Of a DNA stretch of 64,000 nucleotides, positions 51,712 to 60,474 are shown in pieces. Origin of the DNA: Candidatus Dormiibacterota bacterium (GTDB lineage: Bacteria > Chloroflexota > Dormibacteria > Aeolococcales > Aeolococcaceae). How positions within the stretch are numbered: position 1 is the first letter of the stretch; every line of letters begins with the position of its first letter. The stretch spans positions 10,515-74,514 of the forward strand of contig DASXNK010000159.1 in NCBI GenBank assembly GCA_036495095.1. The letters are read 5' to 3'. The notes under the pieces were generated by a model. That model was not told the origin of the DNA, did not search any database, and worked only from the letters and a program-made list of their open reading frames with translations. The translations under genes and the position numbers were made by a program.

Positions 51712-52614
51712 CTATCCGAAGGCGCGCAGGAAGATCCCGTAGAACAACGGGACCATGATCAGCAACATGAACTCCGGCAGGTAGACGAGCACCAGCACAC
51801 CCACCAGGCGGGTGCCCACCCTCGACGCCTCGGCGGCGGCGCGGTTGCGCTGCTGCATCCGCACCACCGTCTGCTGGTCGCGGAGGATCCGCTCCAGCCC
51901 CGCCCCCTGCCGCTTGCCCTGGGCGACGGCGGCGGCGAAGAGCTCGACCTCCACCAGCCCGGTGCGCCGCGCCATCGCCTCCAGGGCGGCGTCGATCGGC
52001 ATCCCCAGCCCGTACTCGCCGAGGGCGGTGCGCAGCTCGGCGGCGAGGAGGGTGGGCGCCGGTCCGGTCGCCTGCTGCGCGCTGATCAGGTGCAGCGCCT
52101 GCTCGAGGGGGATGCCGGCGCCGACGAAGGCGGTGAGCAGCCCGACGAGGTCGGGCAGCTCGCGCAGCAGCCGGCGGCCGCGGGCGGCGCGGCGGCGGGA
52201 GATCACCACGCTCGGGGCGACGAAGCCGGCGAAGATGAGCGCGGGCACGAGCAGCGACGCGGGCGGGAGCAGCAGGGCGAGCAGCACCCCGGCGGCCGCT
52301 CCGGCGGCCGCGCCGAGGAGCTTGAGCGCGACCACCTCGGCCGGCCCCAGCCGTACCGGGTCGATGCCGGCCCGGCGCAGGTCGTCGGCGCCGATCCCCG
52401 CCCACCGGGGCCGCACCCGGGCGGCGAGCGGCGCCGCCAGCGGGGCGAGCAGTCGCTGCCAGAGCGGCCGGCGCGACTGCTCGCGCAGCGCCACCTCGCG
52501 GGGGGAGAGGGTGCTGGCGCGGGCCAGCTCGACCGGCAGCGTGGCGGCCCGGTGGGGGCACAGGGCGGCGCCGAGGCAGCACACCGCGGCGGTGGCGAGG
52601 ACCGCGGTGATCAC
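51712..52614 (-). CDS. tadC: Flp pilus assembly platform protein TadC (T2SS F family)
   Basis: In-frame GTG 52614 (GTGA overlap). ELPDLVGLLTAFVGAGIPLEQAL, polytopic, C-terminal YLPEFMLLIMVP. Confidence 0.85.
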   Translation of the reverse strand: MITAVLATAAVCCLGAALCPHRAATLPVELARASTLSPREVALREQSRRPLWQRLLAPLAAPLAARVRPRWAGIGADDLRRAGIDPVRLGPAEVVALKLLGAAAGAAAGVLLALLLPPASLLVPALIFAGFVAPSVVISRRRAARGRRLLRELPDLVGLLTAFVGAGIPLEQALHLISAQQATGPAPTLLAAELRTALGEYGLGMPIDAALEAMARRTGLVEVELFAAAVAQGKRQGAGLERILRDQQTVVRMQQRNRAAAEASRVGTRLVGVLVLVYLPEFMLLIMVPLFYGIFLRAFG

Positions 52615-53483
52615 GGCTCCACCCTCGACACCCGGAAGCTCAGCACCACCCCGAGCACCTCGAGGCAGACCGCGGCGGGGAGCAGCAGCAGCCGGCCGGT
52701 GAGGGTGTCGTCGAGCACCGCGAAGAAGTCGCGGTCGACCAGCCGGAGGTAGAGGAAGAGCCCGGGGACGATCGCGGCGAGCAGCCAGATCTGCAGCCGC
52801 TGCCCCGAGGTGCGGGCGTGCACCTCCTCCTGGACCTGGACGTTGAACTGCACCGTGGAGGAGACCTCGGTGAGCAGCCCCTGCGCCCGCGCCGCGGGGA
52901 TGTGGTGGGCGATGCAGAGGGCGAGGTTGTCCCAGACCAGGGCGAGGTTGCGCCCCGCGGTGGCGGCGCGCACCTCGGCGATCGACCGCTCCAGCGGGAC
53001 GTCGAGGTGGAACTGGGCGATGAGATGGCCGAGGTCGTCGCGGAGCCAGCGGTCGGTGACGCGCGTCCGCGCCTCGGTGAGCGCCTCCAGGTAGGTCCCC
53101 CCCGCGGCGAGCGCCGCGACCAGCACCTGGAGGAGCCGGGGCGCCTCCGCCTCGGTGCGGCGGCGCTGGGCACGCACCAGGGCGTCGAGGTAGAGGCGGG
53201 GCAGCGCCAGCCCGGCCACACTCGCACCCACCGCCACCACCGGGGAGCCCAGCAGCAGCCCGCCCAGGAGCAGCAGTGGCGGCGAGGCGAGGCAGGCGAG
53301 CGTGAAGGTGCGGGCGTCGACGGGGAGCCGGGCGGCGCGCAGCCGGCGGCGGTGCCGCTCCACGATCACCTCCAGCCACGACCGCCGCACCCCCGGTGCG
53401 GCGGCGGCCACGCCCACCGGGGCGCTCGCCAGCCCGAGCAGCAGCACCGCGGCCGCGGCGCAGAGGGCGATCACGAGATCCAC
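52611..53483 (-). CDS. tadB: Flp pilus assembly platform protein TadB (T2SS F family)
   Basis: 290 aa. EAPRLLQVLVAALAAGGTYLEAL, polytopic membrane protein. Lies between cpaF and tadC. Confidence 0.85.
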   Translation of the reverse strand: MDLVIALCAAAAVLLLGLASAPVGVAAAAPGVRRSWLEVIVERHRRRLRAARLPVDARTFTLACLASPPLLLLGGLLLGSPVVAVGASVAGLALPRLYLDALVRAQRRRTEAEAPRLLQVLVAALAAGGTYLEALTEARTRVTDRWLRDDLGHLIAQFHLDVPLERSIAEVRAATAGRNLALVWDNLALCIAHHIPAARAQGLLTEVSSTVQFNVQVQEEVHARTSGQRLQIWLLAAIVPGLFLYLRLVDRDFFAVLDDTLTGRLLLLPAAVCLEVLGVVLSFRVSRVEP

Positions 53484-54811
53484 CTGATCCCCTCCAGCTC
53501 GAGCTTGCGGGTCAGCCGGGGACCTGGGGCGTACCCGGCGACGGCGCGGAACACCGGCTCCCGGTCACCGCCGCGGTCCTCGGTGTCGGCGCAGAACACC
53601 GGCCGGAGGTCGTAGCCGCCATCGCCGTCGAGCCCGGCGAGCTCGCAGATCTCGAGGACGCAGCGCCGGCCGCCACGGAGCCGGGCGACCACCACCACCA
53701 CGTCGAAGACCCGGGCGATGTAGCCGCGGATCTCGGCGGGGGAGAGCTGTCCGAAGCTCCGGCCCACCAGCAGCTCCAGCCGTCCCAGGGCGTCGGCGGC
53801 GGTGCCCGCGTGGATGGTGGTGGCGCTGCCCTCGTGGCCGGTGCTCAGCGCCTCGAGGGTGTGGTAGGCCTCGCGGCTGTTGCGGATCTCGCCGATGATC
53901 AGCCGGTCGGGACGCATGCGCAGCGCGTTCTGGACGAGATCGGCCACATCGAGCCGGCGGGCGCTGCTGTCCCTCCCCTCGAGCCGGTGCTCGTGGACGC
54001 ACTCGAGCCGCACCCAGTGAGGGTTGGTGAGCTCGAGCTCGGCGGTGTCCTCGATGGTGATCACCCGCTCGTCGTCGGGGAAGCAGTCGACGATCGAGCG
54101 CAGCAGGGTGCTCTTGCCGGAGCCGGTGGCGCCGGCGACGAGCACGGTGGAGCGGGCCAGCGCGGCGATGCTCAGGTAGCGGGCCATGGTCTCGTCCATG
54201 CCCCGGAGGCTCACCCAGTCGAGGCCGCCACCGCTGTGCTCGGGAAGCAGGGTGAGCCGCAGGCGGTTGAACTTGCGGATGCACAGGGTCGGGCCGCCCA
54301 CCGGCGCGCACACCGCGTTGGCCCGGCTGCCATCGACCATGCGCGCGTCGACCAGCGGCTTGTCGACGCTGATCTCGCGCCCCACCAGGGCGACGATCTT
54401 CGCGATCATCTGCTCGAGGTGGGCCTGGTCGCGGAAGCGGGCGCCGGTGCGCTGCAGCCGGCCCGACCGCTCGATGAACACCTCGTCCCAGCGGTTGACC
54501 AGGATGTCGGTGGTGAGCTGGTCGTCCATCAGCGGCTGCAGCGGCCCCAGCCCGGCGAGCTCGTCGAAGAGGTGGTCGACGTCGCCGTCCTCGACCGCGG
54601 CCTCCGGCCGGCTCTCCATCAGCACCCGGACGAGCGCCTCGCGGATCAGCCGCTCACGCCCGGCGACGTCGCTGAAAGGGTCGGCGAGGCCGGGCTCGAG
54701 CTGCAGGGTCAGCCGGCTGCGGACGGTCTGCAGCAGCTCGGCGTCGAGGATGGAGGACCGCGACGCCGCGGGCTGTGCGCGCCGGCGGTCCGGGGGGAGT
54801 CTCCCCGGCAT
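53471..54811 (-). CDS. cpaF: Flp pilus assembly ATPase CpaF/TadA
   Basis: In-frame ATG 54811. VLVAGATGSGKSTLL (Walker A), ITIEDTAEL, RMRPDRLIIGEIR, TGHEGSATTIHA. Confidence 0.95.
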   Translation of the reverse strand: MPGRLPPDRRRAQPAASRSSILDAELLQTVRSRLTLQLEPGLADPFSDVAGRERLIREALVRVLMESRPEAAVEDGDVDHLFDELAGLGPLQPLMDDQLTTDILVNRWDEVFIERSGRLQRTGARFRDQAHLEQMIAKIVALVGREISVDKPLVDARMVDGSRANAVCAPVGGPTLCIRKFNRLRLTLLPEHSGGGLDWVSLRGMDETMARYLSIAALARSTVLVAGATGSGKSTLLRSIVDCFPDDERVITIEDTAELELTNPHWVRLECVHEHRLEGRDSSARRLDVADLVQNALRMRPDRLIIGEIRNSREAYHTLEALSTGHEGSATTIHAGTAADALGRLELLVGRSFGQLSPAEIRGYIARVFDVVVVVARLRGGRRCVLEICELAGLDGDGGYDLRPVFCADTEDRGGDREPVFRAVAGYAPGPRLTRKLELEGIRWIS

Positions 54812-54818
54812 CGGCGTG

Positions 54819-56396
54819 TCAGCCAACCCGGCGCCTCCCGAACAGGCGCAGCCTCCGGCGCGCCGCGGGCCCGGCGAGCGCCGGGTACACCTGGGCGGCG
54901 AGCCCGGCCAGCGCCTCGGCGGCGGGGCCGCCACCGCCGAGCGACGCGATCCGGTGGCCGTTCTCGGCCTCCTCGATGCGCGGGTCGAAGGGGATGGACG
55001 CGGCGATGCGGCCGCCGAGGTCGCCCATCACCTCGTCGAGGTCGACCCCGGGGCGGGCGCGGTTGACCACGTACTTCAGCTTCGCGCCGAGCCCGAGGCG
55101 GCGGAGCGCCTCGGTGGAGCGGTAGGCGTCCTGCACCCCGCTCGCGGTCGGGGTCAGCACCACGTAGATGTCGTGGGCGGCGCTGAGCACCCAGGTGGTC
55201 ACCGCGCCGAGGTCGGCGCCGACGTCGAACACGATGAAGTGGGTGCCGTCGCACTCCAGCCGGTGCACGATCTCGGCGACCCGGGCGGGCTCGACCGCGG
55301 TGCCGCCGCTCAGCGGCTTGGGCGGCCCCAGCAGCGCCCTCGCCCCGGAACCGTGGGTGACCATGTGGCGGTCGAGCGCCCCCGGCCCCTGGTCGCCGCT
55401 GAGCAGGTAGTCCCAGAGCGTGGGCTGGGGGATGCCGAGGCGGACCGCCACGGTGGCGCTGCGCAGGTCGAGGTCGAGGAGGGCGATGCGCAGCGGCCGG
55501 GGGGCGGCGCCGGGAGTGGGGCGGTGACGGCCGCGGGCGGCGAGCAGGCAGGCGAGCTCGGTGGCCAGGGTGGTCCGGCCGGCGCCGCCGTTGAGCGAGA
55601 AGAAGGTGATCCGGCGGGTGGCGCCGACGAACACCGGGGCGAGCGCGTCCGCGGACGGAGCCGACGGCGGCTCCGCGCAGCCCTCGGCCACTCCGAGGTC
55701 GGAGGACGGCCGGCACAGCGGCACGATCGTGGCCGGCTCGGGCTCCTCCTCGTCCTCCTCCCCGGACGGCTCCTCGTCACCGCCGCCGGCGGCGGCCTCG
55801 GGGAGGAGCACGATCGGCGGCCGGCGCACCTCCACGGTGGCGCCGTCGTCGTCGACGCCGGACCGGGTCGCGGCCGGGGCGGGCCGCCGCCGCCGTCGCC
55901 GGGGCGGCGTGGGCGGCGGGGGCGGCGCCTCCTCCGGGGCGGTGACCGGCGCCTCCGCCACCTCGGGCTCCCCGACCCCCTCGCCGGGGGCGGCCTCGCA
56001 CTGACGCCCGGGGGCGGTGTGGCGGAGCCACCTCGCCCAGGCCGGCTCCGGCTCGGCGGTCTCGGACCCGTCCGCCCCGTCGCCGGTCCCGTCGCCGCCG
56101 CTGGCCGCCAGCCACCCCGCTCCGCTCCGCGGGGTCGCGGCGAAGCGTGCGGCCAGCCAGCCCCAGCGCAGCAGCGAGCGCCCCTGGGGCCGCACCCAGC
56201 CCAGCGCCGCCGCCAGCAGGGCGACCAGCGCGGCCGCGGGCAGGCGCACCCCGGCGGGCGCCGGGCTGTGGACGATCGCCGAGGTGAGCAGCCCGCCGCC
56301 GACCACCGCGGAGAGCTCGGCCGCCTCGAGGCCGAGGGCGACGGTGTCCGGTCCGTCGAAGCCGTCGGCGAAATGGACAGCGTTCAGCGAGGCCAT
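54819..56396 (-). CDS. fusion of a PrgI/VirB3-like membrane domain with a CpaE/TadZ-like (ParA/MinD-fold) ATPase domain
   Basis: GGGAGGGA before in-frame ATG 56396. N-terminus MASLNAVHFADGFDGPDTVALGLEAAELSAVVGGGLL, two TM helices, then GRSLLRWGWLAARFAATPR (PrgI-like). Acidic/Pro-rich linker. ITFFSLNGGAGRTTLATELACLLA...LDLDL (ParA-like domain with a deviant, Lys-less P-loop). Confidence 0.8.
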   Translation of the reverse strand: MASLNAVHFADGFDGPDTVALGLEAAELSAVVGGGLLTSAIVHSPAPAGVRLPAAALVALLAAALGWVRPQGRSLLRWGWLAARFAATPRSGAGWLAASGGDGTGDGADGSETAEPEPAWARWLRHTAPGRQCEAAPGEGVGEPEVAEAPVTAPEEAPPPPPTPPRRRRRRPAPAATRSGVDDDGATVEVRRPPIVLLPEAAAGGGDEEPSGEEDEEEPEPATIVPLCRPSSDLGVAEGCAEPPSAPSADALAPVFVGATRRITFFSLNGGAGRTTLATELACLLAARGRHRPTPGAAPRPLRIALLDLDLRSATVAVRLGIPQPTLWDYLLSGDQGPGALDRHMVTHGSGARALLGPPKPLSGGTAVEPARVAEIVHRLECDGTHFIVFDVGADLGAVTTWVLSAAHDIYVVLTPTASGVQDAYRSTEALRRLGLGAKLKYVVNRARPGVDLDEVMGDLGGRIAASIPFDPRIEEAENGHRIASLGGGGPAAEALAGLAAQVYPALAGPAARRRLRLFGRRRVG

Positions 56397-56454
56397 GGGG
56401 CGGCTCCCTCCCGAAGGCGGCGGCGTACACAAACAAAGCTGTGTTTCTTCTGCG

Positions 56455-56483
56455 ACACTAGCATGCGGCCACCCGGGGCGCAA
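56455..56483 (-). promoter_or_regulatory. candidate promoter of the Tad operon
   Basis: Minus strand: TTGCGC (56483-56478), 17-nt spacer, TAGTGT (56460-56455), about 58 nt upstream of ATG 56396. Confidence 0.3.
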
Positions 56484-56628
56484 GCCGCGCCGCTCCGTCC
56501 GCCGCGACCGGTCGCGGCGTGGATCCCCCTCACCTCCCGCGGCGCCTGGAGAGCGGCGGGCATGCGCGTGTGACGTCCGACCCCCGTCGTTCCTTGCGCG
56601 AAACGCCGATCAGCCGCCGCGGCTCGTC

Positions 56629-56658
56629 TTGACGCAGTTATGACGCAGCGCGTATATT
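56629..56658 (+). promoter_or_regulatory. candidate sigma-70-type promoter for the gene at 56762
   Basis: TTGACG (56629-56634), 18-nt spacer containing a second TGACGCAG copy, TATATT (56653-56658). Only AT-rich patch in the intergenic region. Confidence 0.4.
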
Positions 56659-56761
56659 TGGTCCAGCTTCACCCGCGGCGCCACCGCGTCGGGCTGCACC
56701 CGCAGCCCCTCCACCCCCTGGTGGGACCGCAGGGCGCCCTGTATTCGAGGGTCTCTTCGAC

Positions 56762-57295
56762 ATGACCGACACCTCTCCCATCGGCACCGTGACTCGGCTC
56801 TCCGAGCGCGCCCTGGACGCCGCCGTCGGCGGGGCCAGCCTGGCCCTCGACGCGGTCGGCGACCAGGCCGCCGCCCGCCGTCGCGGCAGCCGCATCAACG
56901 CCAGGGTCGCCGACAACGTCGAGTCCACCGCGACCGACGTGGTCACCCTGCCCGAGCGAGTGCTCTTCTCAGGCCTCCGGGCGCTTCGCAGCCGCGCCGG
57001 GCGCTCGGACGTCACCGGGGTGGCGGCGCGCAACCTTCTTCTTCTCGTCCACCGTCCCGCCAGCGCCGGCGCCCGGGTCCTGGGCCGCATCGAGAAGGAG
57101 ACGGCGCCGCCCACGCGCCGCGCCCGCCGTTCCACCACCACCGGTGCGACCGCCGTCCGCCGGACCGCGGCGACGGCCACCCGGCGCGCGACCACCGGCG
57201 TCCGCCGCGCCGCCGCCACCACCCGGAAGGCCGCGACCACCGGCACCACCGGCACCCGCCGGACCGGCGCCGGCCGCGCCCGCCGCACCGCCTAG
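56762..57295 (+). CDS. hypothetical protein with basic Thr/Arg/Ala-rich repetitive tail
   Basis: 177-aa ORF. Third codon positions almost uniformly G/C over the whole length, including the tail (RRATTGVRRAAATTRKAATTGTTGTRR). No family assigned. Confidence 0.55.
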   Translation: MTDTSPIGTVTRLSERALDAAVGGASLALDAVGDQAAARRRGSRINARVADNVESTATDVVTLPERVLFSGLRALRSRAGRSDVTGVAARNLLLLVHRPASAGARVLGRIEKETAPPTRRARRSTTTGATAVRRTAATATRRATTGVRRAAATTRKAATTGTTGTRRTGAGRARRTA

Positions 57296-57823
57296 GACTG
57301 ACACCGCGGGGCGGCCGCCGGGCGCTCGTCGCTCGGTGCCGCCCCCCAGCGGGGCGCGGCGCACCACCGCCCGGGCTGCCGCCAGCTCGGTCAGGTTGGC
57401 GAGCGCCCGATCCAGCTCGGCGACGAGGCCGCGGCCGATCAGCCGGGTGACCACCGACCCCACCGGGGTCAGCAACCGGTCGGTGGCGAGGTCGGCGATC
57501 AGCCGGGTGCGGGTGCCCTCGCCGTGGACGGTGAAGCTCTGGCCCACCGCCATGCGCATGCCTCCGCCCTCCCACACGTAGGTGAGCGAGCGGCCGGCGC
57601 GCGCCGCCACCACGGTGCAGAGCGCGCTGATCACCAGCCCTCCGGGCAGGCGGTAGCGCACCCGGTACACGCTGTCGCGCAGCCGTGGCGCGGGCACCTC
57701 GACCTCGGCGCTGAGGTGCTCGATCCACCAGGCCGGGAGGTTGCGAAGGTCGGCCGCGACCCCGAAGAGGTCGGCGGGGCGGACGCCGGCGTCGGCGCTG
57801 GCTTCGACACGCACCCCGGTCAT
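56969..57823 (-). CDS. SRPBCC (START/polyketide-cyclase-like) family protein; 3' third of the ORF is doubtful
   Basis: In-frame ATG 57823. VEASADAGVRPADLFGVAADLRNLPAWW...VTRLIGRGLVAELDRALANL is a domain of about 150 aa. The frame then runs a further roughly 130 Gly/Ala/Arg-rich codons to 56969 with poor third-position bias, overlapping the convergent gene. Confidence 0.65.
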   Translation of the reverse strand: MTGVRVEASADAGVRPADLFGVAADLRNLPAWWIEHLSAEVEVPAPRLRDSVYRVRYRLPGGLVISALCTVVAARAGRSLTYVWEGGGMRMAVGQSFTVHGEGTRTRLIADLATDRLLTPVGSVVTRLIGRGLVAELDRALANLTELAAARAVVRRAPLGGGTERRAPGGRPAVSVLGGAAGAAGAGPAGAGGAGGRGLPGGGGGAADAGGRAPGGRRRGPADGGRTGGGGTAGAARGRRRLLLDAAQDPGAGAGGTVDEKKKVARRHPGDVRAPGAAAKRPEA

Positions 57824-57866
57824 GCTACAGGGAGGCGGAGGCGCGCCCGCGGCCGGCTCCACTAGC

Positions 57867-59414
57867 ATGGATCGCCGAGGGGCCACCGCCGGTGTCGGAG
57901 GACGCGCGCTGCTCGCCATCGAGGCCTACACCCGGCGCCTGCTGCGTCACGTGCAGCCGGTCATCGTCGCCAACCGCGCGCCCCTCACCCTGCAGCGCGC
58001 CGACGCCTTCCGCGGCACCGAGGAGCGCCTGGTCCGGGGTGCGGGAGGGCTGGTCACCGCGATGGGCTCGCTGGCCACCGCCACCGACGCGGTCTGGGTG
58101 GCCGCGGCCCGCACCGACGAGGACCGCATCCTCGCCGGCCGCGCCGGCAAGGACGGCACCGTGCGCCTCACCACCGAGGACGACACCTCCTACCGCGTCG
58201 CCTTCGTCGACGCCGACCCCGAGGCCTACGACCTCTACTACAGCGTCTTCAGCAACCCGCTGCTCTGGTTCATCCAGCACTACCTCTGGGACCTCAGCCG
58301 CGAGCCCATCGTCGACGCCACCACCGAGCGTGCCTGGCGCGACGGCTACCTGCACGTCAACCGCCTCTTCGCCGACCGGGTGGTGGAGGAGGGACGGCGC
58401 TCCGACGTGCCGCTGCTCGTGCTGGTGCAGGACTACCAGCTCTACTGCGTGCCCCAGATGGTCCGCGCCGGCCTCCCCAAGGTGCGGCTCCAGCAGTTCG
58501 TCCACATCCCCTGGCCGACGCCGCAGTACTGGAAGATCCTGCCCCGGCGGATCCGCGACGGCATCACCCTGGGCATCCTCGGCAACGACATCATCGGCTT
58601 CCAGACCTCGCGCGACGTGCGCAACTTCCTGCTCACCTGCGAGGAGAACCTCGGTCTCGCGGTCGACCACCGCGAGCGCACCGTGTTCCACGAGGGGCGG
58701 GCGATCTGGGTGCGCCACTACCCGATCAGCATCGACGTCGGCGAGTTCGAGGGGCTCCTCGAGCATCCCGCGGTGCTCGCCGAGGAGGACAGGATCGCCG
58801 CCTGGCGGCCCGAGCACCTCATCCTGCGGGTCGACCGCACCGACCTGTCGAAGAACGTGGTGCGCGGCTTCGTCGCCTACGAGCGGATGCTCGAGGCCCA
58901 CCCCGAGCTCCACGAGCGCGTCCAGTTCTGGGCGCTGCTCCAGGAGTCGCGCCAGGACATCGACGACTACCGCGCCTACCTGGGCAGCATCGTCGGGGTC
59001 TGCGCGCGGATCAATCGGCGCTTCGGGCGCCGGGGCTGGATGCCGATCCGGCTGGAGATCGAGAACAACTTCCACAAGGCGGTGGCCGCCTACAAGTCGT
59101 TCGACGTGCTCCTCGTCAACCCGATCTACGACGGCATGAACCTGGTCGCCAAGGAGGGCATCCTCTGCAACCGTCGCAACGGGGTGCTGGTGCTGAGCGA
59201 GAACGCGGGGTCGCACGAGGAGCTCGGCGAGCTGGCCGTCACCGTCAACCCCTTCGACGTCGATGAGACCGCCGAGGCGCTCTACCTCAGCCTGCGCATG
59301 GACGAGTCGGAGCGGGCGGCCCGCGGCGAGCGGATCCGCGAGACGGTGCGGGCGAACGACATCACCCGCTGGATCACGTCCCAGCTGCAGGACCTCCGCG
59401 AGCTCATCGCCTGA
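57867..59414 (+). CDS. otsA: alpha,alpha-trehalose-phosphate synthase (GT20)
   Basis: In-frame ATG 57867. VANRAP, FSNPLLWFIQHYLWD, VQDYQLYCVPQMVR, RVDRTDLSKN, LLVNPIYDGMNLVAKE. Confidence 0.95.
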   Translation: MDRRGATAGVGGRALLAIEAYTRRLLRHVQPVIVANRAPLTLQRADAFRGTEERLVRGAGGLVTAMGSLATATDAVWVAAARTDEDRILAGRAGKDGTVRLTTEDDTSYRVAFVDADPEAYDLYYSVFSNPLLWFIQHYLWDLSREPIVDATTERAWRDGYLHVNRLFADRVVEEGRRSDVPLLVLVQDYQLYCVPQMVRAGLPKVRLQQFVHIPWPTPQYWKILPRRIRDGITLGILGNDIIGFQTSRDVRNFLLTCEENLGLAVDHRERTVFHEGRAIWVRHYPISIDVGEFEGLLEHPAVLAEEDRIAAWRPEHLILRVDRTDLSKNVVRGFVAYERMLEAHPELHERVQFWALLQESRQDIDDYRAYLGSIVGVCARINRRFGRRGWMPIRLEIENNFHKAVAAYKSFDVLLVNPIYDGMNLVAKEGILCNRRNGVLVLSENAGSHEELGELAVTVNPFDVDETAEALYLSLRMDESERAARGERIRETVRANDITRWITSQLQDLRELIA

Positions 59415-59419
59415 CCACC

Positions 59420-60280
59420 ATGGGGCGCGCCCGCATCACCTCCCCCGATCGCCTCGCCGCGGAGCTGGTCCGCGGCGCCGTCGACGCCGGCGGGCTGCTG
59501 GTGTGCACCGACTTCGACGGCTCGCTGGCGCCGATCGTCCAGCGCCCCGAGCAGGCGCGGGCGCTGCCACGGGCGCTGGCGGCGGTGGCCTGGCTCACCC
59601 GCGCGGGGGCCCGCGACGGGGTCGGAGCGCGCTGCCCGGTGGGCCTGGCCGTGGTCACCGGCCGGGACAGCGACGACGCCGCCCACCGCCTCGAGCTCGG
59701 CCCCGAGGGGGTGGCCTCCGGGAACCTGGGGCTCGAGCGCTGGTCCGGGGGGCGGGTCGAGCTGGAGGAGGGGGTCGAGGACTGGCTGCCGGCGCTCGCC
59801 GCCGCCACCGCCGAGCTCGAGGCGGCCCTGGAGGCCGGCCGGCTGCCCGGCGCCCGGCTGGAGCGCAAGCGCTGCTCGGCCGTCATCCACACCCGTGGCC
59901 TGGGGTCGGCCGCAGAGGCCGAGGCGCTCGAGCTGGCGACGGCGGTCGCCGGCACCTGCGGGCTGACCGTGACCACCGGCAAGCGCGCCGCCGAGGTGCG
60001 GGTGCCCGTGGGCCGGGACAAGGGCAGCGCGGTGGCCGACCTCCGGGCCGCGGGGTGGGAGGCGGCGGCACTCTGCGCCGCCGGGGACGACGGCGGCGAC
60101 ATCCCGATGCTCCGGATCGCCTGCGCGGCGGCTCCGCTCGGCACCGCCGTGGCCGTCGCCGACGCGGAGGTTCCGGCCGAGGTGCTCGCCGCGGCCGCCC
60201 ACACCGTGGACGGTCCCTGGGCATGGGCCCAGGCCCTCGAGCTGCTGGTGGAGGGCCTCCGCCGCCGCGAGCCGGCCTGA
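59420..60280 (+). CDS. otsB: trehalose-phosphatase
   Basis: LVCTDFDGSLAPIV (DxDG), VVTGR, KGSAVADL, AGDDGGDIPM. Five nt downstream of otsA. Confidence 0.9.
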   Translation: MGRARITSPDRLAAELVRGAVDAGGLLVCTDFDGSLAPIVQRPEQARALPRALAAVAWLTRAGARDGVGARCPVGLAVVTGRDSDDAAHRLELGPEGVASGNLGLERWSGGRVELEEGVEDWLPALAAATAELEAALEAGRLPGARLERKRCSAVIHTRGLGSAAEAEALELATAVAGTCGLTVTTGKRAAEVRVPVGRDKGSAVADLRAAGWEAAALCAAGDDGGDIPMLRIACAAAPLGTAVAVADAEVPAEVLAAAAHTVDGPWAWAQALELLVEGLRRREPA

Positions 60281-60296
60281 GCCGGGGGGCGGCTCA
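60278..60296. terminator. hairpin between convergent otsB and a small membrane-protein gene
   Basis: TGAGCCG-ggggg-CGGCTCA: 7-bp perfect stem starting at the otsB stop codon. No U-tract. Confidence 0.35.
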
Positions 60297-60309
60297 GGCG
60301 CTCAGCGGC

Positions 60310-60474
60310 TCAGTGCGACAGTCCCGCGAGCCCGGCGATGGCGAGCCACGACACCAGGGCACCGAAACCCAGCCAGAGCGCGACGACACCCCGATCTCCG
60401 AAACGACCGGCGCGGCGACGCTTCAGATAGCGCTCGCGGGTCGCCAGCGAGGCCCGCCCATCGGGCTGGATCAT
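60310..60474 (-). CDS. small membrane protein (54 aa)
   Basis: ACAGGAGGAG 6 nt before in-frame ATG 60474. MIQPDGRASLATRERYLKRRRAGRFGDRGVVALWLGFGALVSWLAIAGLAGLSH. The rest of ORF 60310..61047 is a shadow of the MerR gene. Confidence 0.6.
   Translation of the reverse strand: MIQPDGRASLATRERYLKRRRAGRFGDRGVVALWLGFGALVSWLAIAGLAGLSH

Noticed and set aside
56638-57288. 216-aa minus-strand ORF mirroring the hypothetical gene 56762..57295
   Set aside because: An Arg/Ala/Val-rich antisense shadow. The plus frame has the near-uniform G/C third positions.
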